From the IMG/VR virus record IMGVR_UViG_3300025674_000023, positions 1 through 64,000 of that record: a stretch of DNA of 64,000 nt; one strand, written 5' to 3'. The notes beneath the pieces are model-generated. The model was not told the origin of the DNA. It ran no database searches and saw only the letters and a program-made list of their open reading frames with translations. A program made the position numbers and the translations under genes. The stretch comes from a virus. Positions 18,654-27,746 of the stretch are shown one piece after another (position 1 is the stretch's first letter; each line of letters opens with the position of its first letter).

Positions 18654-20885
18654 ATGAAGACCTTATTAGAAGCCTATAATTCAATTTATTCTCAAGAAGA
18701 AAATTTGCGTAATGAAATTGTTGAATTTTGTAATGAGTTCTTTTTTGATACTGAAGATGAAACTGAATATTTTGTAGAAGAATTATTTCAAGATGAAGAA
18801 CTTGTAGTTGAATTTTTTGATGATATTCTTGATTTTAGTTCCGAATTTAATTTAAATGAAGATACTTATGTTACAGAAACTAGAGCGTCTCTAATTAAAC
18901 GAGGACTTAATGTTGCTGGTGGATTACTTAAGAAAGTGACACCACAACTTAGAGGTCTTCCTGCAAAGACATTAGTAAAGAGAGGATATCAACCGGGAGG
19001 ATTGCAAAAAACTGGAGAACTTCTTGGAAAAGCGTATCCACAAGCACTTAAAACTCAAACAAGAGCAATTAAACAAGCAAGAGCTACTAGACAATCTACA
19101 CCCGGACCAAAACTCGATGTTCCAGATCGTTATTTGACCGCATTGCAATCAAAAAGAGCTGCAAGAGGATTGCCATCAGCAGGTAATACAAGTGCTGGAA
19201 GTGTAAAAGCTGAAACCGAACGTGGTTTTCTTAGAGACAGAAATGCAAAAGCTGCTCTTGCTAAAAAAATTGATCAAGCAAGAACTGTTGCCGCTGCTTT
19301 TTTGAAAACAGTTCGTCAAGGTGCTGCTATCGATAAATTAAGAACAGCAGCTAGAGGAACTAAAGGAACTGGTGTAAGAATTGGAACTACAACACCTATC
19401 AGAGGTCTACTTTCTCCTTCAGGATCTAAAGTTGCTTCTTCTAAATCGAGTGGTGGATTGATTGGAATTAGGAATGTTCCTGACATTAAAGCAGTATCTC
19501 GCAAGTATGGTGTAGATGTTCCTGCACCAAAACCCGCGTGGAGTAACAAACCTGGTGATCCTTGGAAGGATACTAGAATTATTCAACGTTCAACTAAAGC
19601 TAAAACACAACCCACAACACCAAAAACTGACCCCAAAGTTCAAAAAGCACTTAGTGGAACTCCAGAAAGAACTGCACTTCCCGGAGGAACTTCTCCTGGA
19701 GCAGGTCGTAGAGATTACGCATCTTCTGGTGGAGTTAAGAGTTCTGATGCAAAAATGGGCAAAGATGGCGTAAAAGGAACTCAATTACCAGGATATACTC
19801 CAGCATCTGGAAGAACGGTTAATGTAGATGCAACTACAGTTTCTTCTAGAAGAACTACTTCGGATCGTATGAAACAAGTAAGTAGAGATCTTGGTAAAAA
19901 TAAAGGTGCAGTTGCGGCAACTTTAACAACTGCTGCTGCCCTTGCTGCTGCTGGATCTGGTTCTGATAATAAAAAAACTAGTAAACCTCAAGACAGTGTT
20001 GGGAAGTATAATACAATGGATCCTGATGGAACTATAAGAAATCGTAAACTCGTTGGTCCTAAAATTGTTGGTCCTAAAATTGTTGGTCCTAAAAAAGTAG
20101 GAACTATCGCACAAGCTTTTGATAAAGCATATGCTTCAGCTAAAGATGAGGGTAAAAAAACATTTGAATTTAAAGGTAAGAAGTATACAACAGAAAGTGC
20201 CTCAATTAAATCACCTCAAAAACAATTGACAGAAATGATGGAAGCATATGCTGCTGTTCATGAGCAGAGTATGCTTAATACTGTTGTTGATACTGCTACG
20301 AGTGTTATAAAACCGCCAGTTCAAAGGCGGGCAAATAAAAAATATGGTCCACTTGGTGGATTTGTTGCTGGCAGAGAAGTTGATAAGATTGGTAGTGATG
20401 TCAAAAGTGGTAATTATGGTGGTGCTTTAAATAGAGCTGTGCAAGGTGCTGGAAAATTGTTTAACTCGGTTGATGTGTTTGATATTGTCAAAGGACACCT
20501 TCTCGATGAAGGTTATGCCGACACCGAAGAGGCAGCACTCGTTATTATGGCAAATATGAGTGAAGAGTGGAAGCAGAGTATTGTTGAGACTATTGCTGGT
20601 GGAGGATATACTCCAAATCCGGTTGGAAATGCAATCAGAACTGGTGCTGGACTTCTTAAAGGTGTAATGAGTAATTCATCTGTTCAGGGCGCCATTAAAA
20701 CTGGTTCTGAAATGTTAAAAAAGAAAGTACCATCTGGTGGATATAGCACTCGTCCTGGTGATGGAAAACCCTACAAGGATGGCCCACTGTGGGATTCTGG
20801 TTCCAGTGGTTCAACATCTTCACCCAGAAGACCAAAACCACAAGTTAAGAAAGAACCACCTATGAGAGATGAACCTCTCTGGTGA
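18654..20885 (+). CDS. large low-complexity late protein (acidic cassettes plus K/G/A/T-rich basic segments)
   Basis: 743-aa ORF after late promoter; shares FDIVKGHLLDEGYADTE...MSEEW cassette with 51676-52494. Confidence 0.85.
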   Translation: MKTLLEAYNSIYSQEENLRNEIVEFCNEFFFDTEDETEYFVEELFQDEELVVEFFDDILDFSSEFNLNEDTYVTETRASLIKRGLNVAGGLLKKVTPQLRGLPAKTLVKRGYQPGGLQKTGELLGKAYPQALKTQTRAIKQARATRQSTPGPKLDVPDRYLTALQSKRAARGLPSAGNTSAGSVKAETERGFLRDRNAKAALAKKIDQARTVAAAFLKTVRQGAAIDKLRTAARGTKGTGVRIGTTTPIRGLLSPSGSKVASSKSSGGLIGIRNVPDIKAVSRKYGVDVPAPKPAWSNKPGDPWKDTRIIQRSTKAKTQPTTPKTDPKVQKALSGTPERTALPGGTSPGAGRRDYASSGGVKSSDAKMGKDGVKGTQLPGYTPASGRTVNVDATTVSSRRTTSDRMKQVSRDLGKNKGAVAATLTTAAALAAAGSGSDNKKTSKPQDSVGKYNTMDPDGTIRNRKLVGPKIVGPKIVGPKKVGTIAQAFDKAYASAKDEGKKTFEFKGKKYTTESASIKSPQKQLTEMMEAYAAVHEQSMLNTVVDTATSVIKPPVQRRANKKYGPLGGFVAGREVDKIGSDVKSGNYGGALNRAVQGAGKLFNSVDVFDIVKGHLLDEGYADTEEAALVIMANMSEEWKQSIVETIAGGGYTPNPVGNAIRTGAGLLKGVMSNSSVQGAIKTGSEMLKKKVPSGGYSTRPGDGKPYKDGPLWDSGSSGSTSSPRRPKPQVKKEPPMRDEPLW
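20052..20096 (+). repeat. 15-bp tandem repeat x3 (VGPKI)
   Basis: GTTGGTCCTAAAATT twice, then GTTGGTCCTAAAAAA. Confidence 0.9.
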
Positions 20886-20887
20886 GT

Positions 20888-20941
20888 CCACTTTCTAAAC
20901 TGTCCACTGGGAGGTCTTCGGACCTCCTTTTTTTGTATAAT
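20888..20941 (+). promoter_or_regulatory. terminator plus putative early promoter (AAACTGTCCAC...TATAAT)
   Basis: GGAGGTC-TTCG-GACCTCC hairpin lies between GTCCAC (20902-20907) and TATAAT (20936-20941); motif recurs at 23389-23443. Confidence 0.65.
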
Positions 20942-20962
20942 AGGTCCATACGCAACGGATCA

Positions 20963-23041
20963 ATGGCAGTCAATCACGAAATCAAGTCTCAACTTGCTAA
21001 ACTTCTTGCCACCGAAGACCTTGTGGTGGAGCACAAGAAAGTAGAGACTGCTTGTTTCAATGTCCACACTCGCGTTCTAACGCTTCCTATGTGGGAGAAA
21101 GCGAGTTCGACTGTATATGATATGCTTGTAGGTCATGAGGTTGGTCATGCTCTTTATACACCTGATGAAGATTGGACAAAAAAATGCAAAGCACCACCGC
21201 AGTTTGTGAATGTGGTAGAGGATGTTCGCATCGAGAAACTTATGAAGCGTCGTTATATGGGTCTTGCCAAGACTTTCTATAAAGGATATAAAGAACTTTC
21301 TGACCAAGACTTCTTCTGTCTTGAAGGTGAAGATATTGATAACATGAATCTTGCCGATCGTATTAATCTTCACTTCAAGATTGGAAATTTTGTTGATATT
21401 AAATTTACGGAGTTTGAAAAAGCAATAGTTCGTATGGTCGAAGGTTGTGAAGATTTTGAGGATGTTCTTGTAGCAGCAGAGGCGCTTTATCGTTATTGTA
21501 AGGATCAGATTCCCAAAACTGATCAGCATCATCAACAAGAAACTCATACTGATGAAACACAGACTGGTGAGAATGACCAACCAGATATGACCGAGAGTGA
21601 TGATCCTACCGAAGGTGGTGGAAATGTTGAGCAGAAAAAAGAAGATAATGAAGAGACATCAGATCCAGATCCAGAAGTTGAAACCATGAAGTCTCTTGAA
21701 GAGGGTCTAAAAAACTTGGTGAATATGTTTAGTCGTGAGAGTAATTATATTGAAATTCCTAAACTTGATTTAAAAAAATGTGTTATTCCAAATTCGGAAA
21801 TTCATGAGTTAATCAATAATCATTGGGATGACGCTACTCCTGATCTTGATTTATTTGGGGATGTCGATAGCAAATATAAAGAGTTCAAACGCTCTGCTCA
21901 AAAGGAGGTGAATTATCTTGTCAAAGAATTTGAATGCCGAAAATCTGCTGATAGTTATGCTCGTGCTACTACTAGCCGTACTGGAGTCTTAGATTGCTCT
22001 AACCTCCATACTTACCGATATAATGAAGACCTGTTCAAAAAAGTAACTACCTTTGCCGATGGTAAGAATCATGGTCTTATTTTCATTCTAGATTGGTCAG
22101 GTTCAATGCAGTATGTCTTGGAAGATACTATCAAACAACTCTTTAATCTTATTTGGTTCTGCCGTAAAGTAAATATTCCTTTTGATGTTTATGCCTTTAC
22201 TTCCGAATATCCTTATGTTGTTCATGATGAGAATGGTGTGGCAAATATTCGCGAACGTGCCTATGAAAAAAAGAATGGAGTAATTGCTGTTGGTGAGTGG
22301 TTTTCACTTATGAATATTCTTACCAGTAATGTCAATGCCAAGACATTGGAAGAGAGTATGCTCAATATCTATCGTATTGTTCATTCTTTTGCTCACTATT
22401 GTAATTATTCTATTCCGAGTGGTATGCATCTTTCTGGCACTCCTTTAAATGAAACACTGATTGCTCTTCATCAAATTATTCCTCAATTTAAGAAGCAACA
22501 TTCTCTTCAAAAAGTTCAGTGTGTAATTCTTACCGATGGCGAGGCAAATCCTTTGAAGTTTCATAAGGAAGTTTCTCGTTATGACAAACCTTACCTGGGT
22601 TGCATTTATGTTGGAGAAGATTGTTTCCTTCGTGATCGTAAATTGGGCACAACTTATACGCTTACTAATCGATATGATGAGTTTACGGGTGTGCTTCTTC
22701 GCAATCTTCGTGACAATTTCAAAGACACTAACTTTATTGGTATTCGTGTGCTAAATAATGGTTCTGATGCTGGAACATTCATTCGTCGTCATTGTCAAAC
22801 CAGTCCAGAACTTTTGGAAAATACTATGAAAGACTGGAGAAAAGAAAAGACATTTGTAATCAAGAATGCCGGTTATCATAGCTACTTTGCCCTTTCTTCT
22901 TCTGTAATGTCAAGTTCTTCTGAATTTGATGTTGAAGAAGATGCTACCAAAACTCAAATCAAAAAAGCATTTGTCAAGAGCTTGAAGGGCAAAAAAATGA
23001 ATAAAAAAATCCTTTCAGAATTTATCAATCTAGTTGTATGA
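20963..23041 (+). CDS. zincin-like metallopeptidase/VWA domain protein (partner of CobS-like AAA)
   Basis: HEVGH motif near N-term; DWSGS MIDAS, GTPL and LTDGE VWA motifs; start revised to MAVNHEIK. Confidence 0.85.
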   Translation: MAVNHEIKSQLAKLLATEDLVVEHKKVETACFNVHTRVLTLPMWEKASSTVYDMLVGHEVGHALYTPDEDWTKKCKAPPQFVNVVEDVRIEKLMKRRYMGLAKTFYKGYKELSDQDFFCLEGEDIDNMNLADRINLHFKIGNFVDIKFTEFEKAIVRMVEGCEDFEDVLVAAEALYRYCKDQIPKTDQHHQQETHTDETQTGENDQPDMTESDDPTEGGGNVEQKKEDNEETSDPDPEVETMKSLEEGLKNLVNMFSRESNYIEIPKLDLKKCVIPNSEIHELINNHWDDATPDLDLFGDVDSKYKEFKRSAQKEVNYLVKEFECRKSADSYARATTSRTGVLDCSNLHTYRYNEDLFKKVTTFADGKNHGLIFILDWSGSMQYVLEDTIKQLFNLIWFCRKVNIPFDVYAFTSEYPYVVHDENGVANIRERAYEKKNGVIAVGEWFSLMNILTSNVNAKTLEESMLNIYRIVHSFAHYCNYSIPSGMHLSGTPLNETLIALHQIIPQFKKQHSLQKVQCVILTDGEANPLKFHKEVSRYDKPYLGCIYVGEDCFLRDRKLGTTYTLTNRYDEFTGVLLRNLRDNFKDTNFIGIRVLNNGSDAGTFIRRHCQTSPELLENTMKDWRKEKTFVIKNAGYHSYFALSSSVMSSSSEFDVEEDATKTQIKKAFVKSLKGKKMNKKILSEFINLVV

Positions 23042-23229
23042 ATAAAAATTTTCCTCTTCAACACATTGTTGTAGAAGAAACAAAAGAAGTATTGATTGTT
23101 GTCAATAGTGCCATCACCGCTATGGGTGTTGGTGCTATTGCTAAGCAATATTTTCCTGGATATATTCCTAAGATTATTTCTAAAGAGTATTTCCTAAATA
23201 AGAGAGAAGAATTGTATTTGAGAAAATGA
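23038..23229 (+). CDS. hypothetical protein
   Basis: ATGA overlap with upstream gene. Confidence 0.65.
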   Translation: MNKNFPLQHIVVEETKEVLIVVNSAITAMGVGAIAKQYFPGYIPKIISKEYFLNKREELYLRK

Positions 23230-23399
23230 GTAGATTTGGAGATCTGATTTCTGGTAAGAGCGCTCCTGCTCCAGCACCTGTTGTTGAGGAAGCACCTGCC
23301 CCAGTAGTAGAAGAAGCACCAGCACCTGTTGCTAAAAAGAAAAGAAAAGATAGGAGAGAGGAAGTCGAGCAAGAGTGGAAAGAAGCAACCAATTCCTAA
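23226..23399 (+). CDS. small Pro/Ala/Glu-repeat protein (57 aa)
   Basis: Not in ORF track; MSRFGDLISGKSAPAPAPVVEEAPAPVVEEAPAP...; ATGA overlap. Confidence 0.65.
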   Translation: MSRFGDLISGKSAPAPAPVVEEAPAPVVEEAPAPVAKKKRKDRREEVEQEWKEATNS

Positions 23400-23443
23400 A
23401 CCGTCCACTCTGCCCTCACTCTGCCCAGACTCTGCCCTATAAT
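23389..23443 (+). promoter_or_regulatory. putative early promoter with three phased ACTCTGCCC repeats
   Basis: CCAATTCCTAAACCGTCCAC, then ACTCTGCCC at 23407, 23418, 23429, then TATAAT at 23438. Confidence 0.7.
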
Positions 23444-23472
23444 AACTTCAGTTGAAACAACCAACCTACATC

Positions 23473-24564
23473 ATGTCTCTTTCCGCAGATTACATCCGCA
23501 CCTCTTTGCAGTCTCTATATGGCGAGTCTGTGGCAAGCGGCGACATTCGTGCCTGGTGTGCCATGAACGGTGCCAACTATCAAACCGTGACCAACAAATT
23601 GTCTCAATATAAGGTTGGTCGCGGTAAGTGGAATCTTGAAGTCACTCCTCAAAAGGTAGAAGAGATTGAGCGCAACTATCAGGCACCTGCCGCTCTTCCT
23701 GCCGTTGAACAAAACCTCATTCCTGAAAAAGATGATACCTTCGTCCGCTTTGGTAACTTCAGCGATATTCGCAAAATTATTCAGTCGCGACTGTTTTATC
23801 CTGCGTTTATTACGGGTCTGTCGGGTAATGGTAAAACGTTCTCTGTGGAGCAAGCGTGTGCTCAGTTGGGTCGGGAACTGATTCGTGTAAATATTACTAT
23901 TGAAACTGATGAAGACGATCTTATTGGTGGTTTCCGTCTTATCGATGGGGCAACTGTTTGGCATAACGGACCTGTCGTGGAAGCACTCCAACGAGGAGCA
24001 ATCTTGCTACTCGATGAAATTGACCTTGCTAGCAATAAAATCCTCTGCCTCCAATCCATCCTTGAAGGTAAAGGTGTGTTTCTGAAAAAAATTGGTAAGT
24101 TTATCAATCCAACAAAGGGATTCAATGTTATTGCGACTGCAAATACTAAAGGTAAAGGCAGCGATGACGGTCGCTTTATTGGAACCAATGTGCTCAATGA
24201 AGCATTCTTGGAGCGATTCCCTGTCACCTTCGAACAAGAATATCCTTCCCCTGCTACCGAACAAAAGATTCTTGAAGGTATTGCCTTAGATCTTGGTGTT
24301 GAAGATAGTGATTTCTGTAAGCGTCTTGTCGATTGGGCAGACATTATTCGCAAGACCTTCTATGATGGAGGTATTGAGGAAATCATTTCCACTCGCCGTC
24401 TTGTTCACATCATTCGTGCTTACAGCATCTTTGCCGATAAAGCAAAAGCAATTCAAGTTTGCGTGAATCGTTTTGATGATGAGACCAAGCAAGCATTCTT
24501 GGAACTTTATGACAAGGTAGATGCTGATTTCCAAATGCCCGTTGACAACCAGGAGCAAAATTGA
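23473..24564 (+). CDS. cobS: CobS-like / MoxR-type AAA+ ATPase
   Basis: GLSGNGKT Walker A, LLLDEID Walker B, NEAFLERF, ISTRRL; conventional cyanophage label, cobalamin role unproven. Confidence 0.88.
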   Translation: MSLSADYIRTSLQSLYGESVASGDIRAWCAMNGANYQTVTNKLSQYKVGRGKWNLEVTPQKVEEIERNYQAPAALPAVEQNLIPEKDDTFVRFGNFSDIRKIIQSRLFYPAFITGLSGNGKTFSVEQACAQLGRELIRVNITIETDEDDLIGGFRLIDGATVWHNGPVVEALQRGAILLLDEIDLASNKILCLQSILEGKGVFLKKIGKFINPTKGFNVIATANTKGKGSDDGRFIGTNVLNEAFLERFPVTFEQEYPSPATEQKILEGIALDLGVEDSDFCKRLVDWADIIRKTFYDGGIEEIISTRRLVHIIRAYSIFADKAKAIQVCVNRFDDETKQAFLELYDKVDADFQMPVDNQEQN

Positions 24565-24568
24565 TAGA

Positions 24569-25036
24569 ATGATTAACGCATGGAGTCTACTTTACGATGA
24601 GGTTTTGAAAATGAAAACAGATCATTATTTGGATAAAATTCCTGAAATACATATTGACTTTGCCGAAGCTTTTAAAGATGTTGATATTGATGTGAATTTG
24701 GATACGATTACTGGAGCAACAATGGCAGACCTTAAAAACGACAATGGGTTTTGGAAATATGAAGAAGATAAAACTCTAAAAGAAATTAAAGATTATCTAT
24801 CTGGAACTTACAAGTCTCACTACACTTCCCAAGAGTCAAAGACACAAACTCTTGATTTGATTGAGAGTATTGGGGATGCCGAAGCATTTTGTCGATCTAA
24901 TGCTATCAAATACCTCTCGCGTTTTGGTAAGAAGAATGGTAAGTCAAAACTTGACATTCTGAAAGCAATTCACTATTGTGTTCTTCTCTATCATTTTTCT
25001 GGTCTTCACAAGCAAACCAGCTCTTATCCACAATGA
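24569..25036 (+). CDS. DUF3310-like hypothetical protein (start uncertain)
   Basis: HY...QTLDLI...FCRSNAIKYLSRFGKKNG...DILKAIHY; TTGACA-17-TAGAAT at 24542-24570 suggests a start further downstream (24611). Confidence 0.7.
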   Translation: MINAWSLLYDEVLKMKTDHYLDKIPEIHIDFAEAFKDVDIDVNLDTITGATMADLKNDNGFWKYEEDKTLKEIKDYLSGTYKSHYTSQESKTQTLDLIESIGDAEAFCRSNAIKYLSRFGKKNGKSKLDILKAIHYCVLLYHFSGLHKQTSSYPQ

Positions 25037-25719
25037 AACTCCGCGAAAAAACTATGAAACTTTCTGAAAAGACTCTGACGACTCTCAAAAACTTTGCTGG
25101 TATCAACAATTCGATTCTTGTAAAGCAAGGTAATAAACTTCGCACTATTTCTGTGGCAAAGAATATTCTTGCCGAAGCGCAAATCAATGAAGAGTTTTCT
25201 CGCGATTTTGCCATCTATGATTTGAATCAGTTTCTTAATGGTTTGAGTCTTCATCAGGATCCCGATCTTGATTTTGCCGAAGAATCTTATTTGACTATTC
25301 GAGAAGGCAAGCGTCGTGTGAAGTATTTCTTTGCCGATCCTAACGTGATTATTTCTCCGCCAGATAAAGAGATTCAACTTCCCTCACAGGATGTTTGCTT
25401 TCAACTTGATAGCGTAACTTTGGAAAAACTTATCAAGGCAGCAGCAGTATATCAACTCCCAGATTTTTGTGCTGTTGGTGAGAATGGAGTTATCAAACTA
25501 GTTGTTCATGACAAGAAGAATGATACTTCGAATGAATATGCTATTGTAGTCGGTGAAACTGATAAAGAGTTTGTATTCAACTTTAAAGTAGAAAACATCA
25601 AGATTATTCCTGGTGCCTATGATGTGGTAGTCTCATCCAAACTCTTATCTCAATTTACCAATGAAGCATATAATCTCAAATATTATATTGCTCTTGAACC
25701 TGATTCCACTTTTGGTTGA
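25033..25719 (+). CDS. gp45: DNA polymerase sliding clamp
   Basis: MKLSEKTLTTLKNFAGINNSI, FAIYDLNQFL, YYIALEPDS. Confidence 0.95.
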   Translation: MKLREKTMKLSEKTLTTLKNFAGINNSILVKQGNKLRTISVAKNILAEAQINEEFSRDFAIYDLNQFLNGLSLHQDPDLDFAEESYLTIREGKRRVKYFFADPNVIISPPDKEIQLPSQDVCFQLDSVTLEKLIKAAAVYQLPDFCAVGENGVIKLVVHDKKNDTSNEYAIVVGETDKEFVFNFKVENIKIIPGAYDVVVSSKLLSQFTNEAYNLKYYIALEPDSTFG

Positions 25720-26054
25720 TGAAACATATCCTTTTTACTCTTAAAGGTTGCATTGGTGATGAATTAGATGATGAGGGGTTTATCAGGGATATTCTATATC
25801 AGGCATCAAAGTGGGCAAATTCTACACTGATTGCTTTACATTCTCATAAATTTGCCCCTCAAGGAGTGACTGCTATTGCTCTTCTTGCTGAGAGTCATAT
25901 TAGTATTCACACCTGGCCAGAGAAAGGTATGGCAGTATGTGACGTTTTTACTTGCGGTGATCACACAAATCCAATGTCTGCCGTAGAATATATGAAAGCA
26001 GAATTAAATGCTTCAGATATAGTCGTCAATGAGTTTGTGAGACCTTTAGAATGA
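25716..26054 (+). CDS. speD: pyruvoyl-dependent S-adenosylmethionine decarboxylase family proenzyme
   Basis: HKFAPQGVT...LAESHISIHTWPE...DVFTCG with ES self-cleavage site. Confidence 0.9.
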   Translation: MMKHILFTLKGCIGDELDDEGFIRDILYQASKWANSTLIALHSHKFAPQGVTAIALLAESHISIHTWPEKGMAVCDVFTCGDHTNPMSAVEYMKAELNASDIVVNEFVRPLE

Positions 26055-26563
26055 ACATCTTTGTAACTGATGAGTGCCCCTACAAGTCGGCCCAAGTGCT
26101 CCCAGACAAGCACATCGTCAAGATGCCCCTAGAGACCTGTCAGATGCTTTCCATCGTGGCATCCGACAAATGGGGGCACGGATACGGCACTCTTCCCAAG
26201 GCAGACGGCACACCTTATGCTACGGAGAAAGGTGCCTTTCGCAATCATCCCTGCACCATCTGGGCAAATGAGACTGTGGCAAATGCCCGTTGGTTACTAC
26301 AACATGGTTTTGCTCTGTGTGAAGAATATGCAGCACGATACGGTAAAGTGCATTCCTGCTTTCTAACTCTTGTGGAAGCAGATAAAATCTTTCCAAAAGC
26401 AAAACTAAATGCTCACACATTATTCGCACGGGCTATGCCTGACGAATATAAACTTGATACAAGCATCTCAACCTTTGATGCTTATAAGATGTATATTGCA
26501 TCTAAACCTTGGGTATGCGATAATTACCTTCGTCTTCCTGAGCGTAAACCTGATTGGATTTGA
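26051..26563 (+). CDS. pyrimidine-dimer DNA glycosylase/endonuclease V-like protein
   Basis: MNIF...DKHIVKMPLETCQMLS...NHPCTIW...EYAARYGKVH family pattern. Confidence 0.65.
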   Translation: MNIFVTDECPYKSAQVLPDKHIVKMPLETCQMLSIVASDKWGHGYGTLPKADGTPYATEKGAFRNHPCTIWANETVANARWLLQHGFALCEEYAARYGKVHSCFLTLVEADKIFPKAKLNAHTLFARAMPDEYKLDTSISTFDAYKMYIASKPWVCDNYLRLPERKPDWI

Positions 26564-26565
26564 TT

Positions 26566-27510
26566 ATGAATAATGATTTTTTGTGGGTGGCAAAGTATGC
26601 CCCAAAGACAATTGAAGAATGTATTTTACCTGAGGCAACAAAGAAGACCTTTCAAAGTTTCCTAGATAAAGGTGAGATCCCAAACATGCTACTTGCGGGA
26701 CCTCCTGGTATTGGTAAGACCACAGTAGCAAAGGCACTTTGCAATGAACTTGGAGTAGATGTTTATGTCATCAATGGATCCGACGAGGGTAGATTCCTCG
26801 ATACTGTCCGAAACAATGCGAAGAACTTCGCTTCGACCGTCTCGCTTACGGCAACTGCTAAACACAAAGTCATCATCATTGATGAGGCAGATAACACCTC
26901 CAATGATGTACAACTCCTCCTACGGGCTTTTATTGAGGAGTTTGCTGGTAACTGTCGATTCATCTTTACCTGCAACTATAAAAACAAAATCCTCGAACCA
27001 CTTCATTCCCGTTGTGCCGTCGTTGAGTTTGGAATCAAAGGAAAAGAGCGACAATCCATTGCAGCTCTTTTCTTCAAGCGACTCAAAGACATTCTTGACG
27101 CAGAACGAATTGAGTATGATAACAAAGTACTCATTGAACTCATCAACAAACACTTCCCCGATTGGCGACGAGTTCTCAACGAGTGTCAAAGATACTCTGT
27201 GGGTGGTAAAATTGATTCGGGGATTCTTGCAACCTTTTCGGATGTCGCGGTAAATGATCTCATTAAAAGTCTCAAAGAAAAGAACTTTCCGGAAGTACGT
27301 AAGTGGATCGTTTCTAATCTGGACAATGATACTAGCGTACTTCTCCGGCGTGTGTATGATTCTCTTTACGACTCGCTGGTTCCTGGTAGTATTCCTGCTG
27401 CTGTGCTTGTTCTCGCTAAGTATCAGTATCAAGGAGCATTTGTCGCAGACCAGGAGATAAATATGCTTGCTTGTATGACTGAACTAATGGTTGAATGTGA
27501 GTTCAAATGA
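26566..27510 (+). CDS. gp44: clamp loader large subunit
   Basis: LWVAKYAP, GPPGIGKT, IIDEAD, SRC motif. Confidence 0.96.
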   Translation: MNNDFLWVAKYAPKTIEECILPEATKKTFQSFLDKGEIPNMLLAGPPGIGKTTVAKALCNELGVDVYVINGSDEGRFLDTVRNNAKNFASTVSLTATAKHKVIIIDEADNTSNDVQLLLRAFIEEFAGNCRFIFTCNYKNKILEPLHSRCAVVEFGIKGKERQSIAALFFKRLKDILDAERIEYDNKVLIELINKHFPDWRRVLNECQRYSVGGKIDSGILATFSDVAVNDLIKSLKEKNFPEVRKWIVSNLDNDTSVLLRRVYDSLYDSLVPGSIPAAVLVLAKYQYQGAFVADQEINMLACMTELMVECEFK

Positions 27511-27746
27511 GAGCACGGACTGCTGACCAATACATTACATCCTTAAGGGTGTTGGCATCTATTGGCATTATTACTTCTTACATCTTTACTTACTACATTG
27601 ACAGTTTTATTGGTGCTTGTCTTGCACTTGGTAGCAATTTCTGTTCGTTGCCGTTTACTATCAGAAACAAATACTGGGATGTAGTAGTTGTTTTATCCTT
27701 TGTTATTGTGATCACACTTACTAAAATTATTACTGATTTGAGATGA
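27507..27746 (+). CDS. small membrane protein
   Basis: Hydrophobic 79-aa ORF with ATGA overlaps on both sides. Confidence 0.7.
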   Translation: MRARTADQYITSLRVLASIGIITSYIFTYYIDSFIGACLALGSNFCSLPFTIRNKYWDVVVVLSFVIVITLTKIITDLR

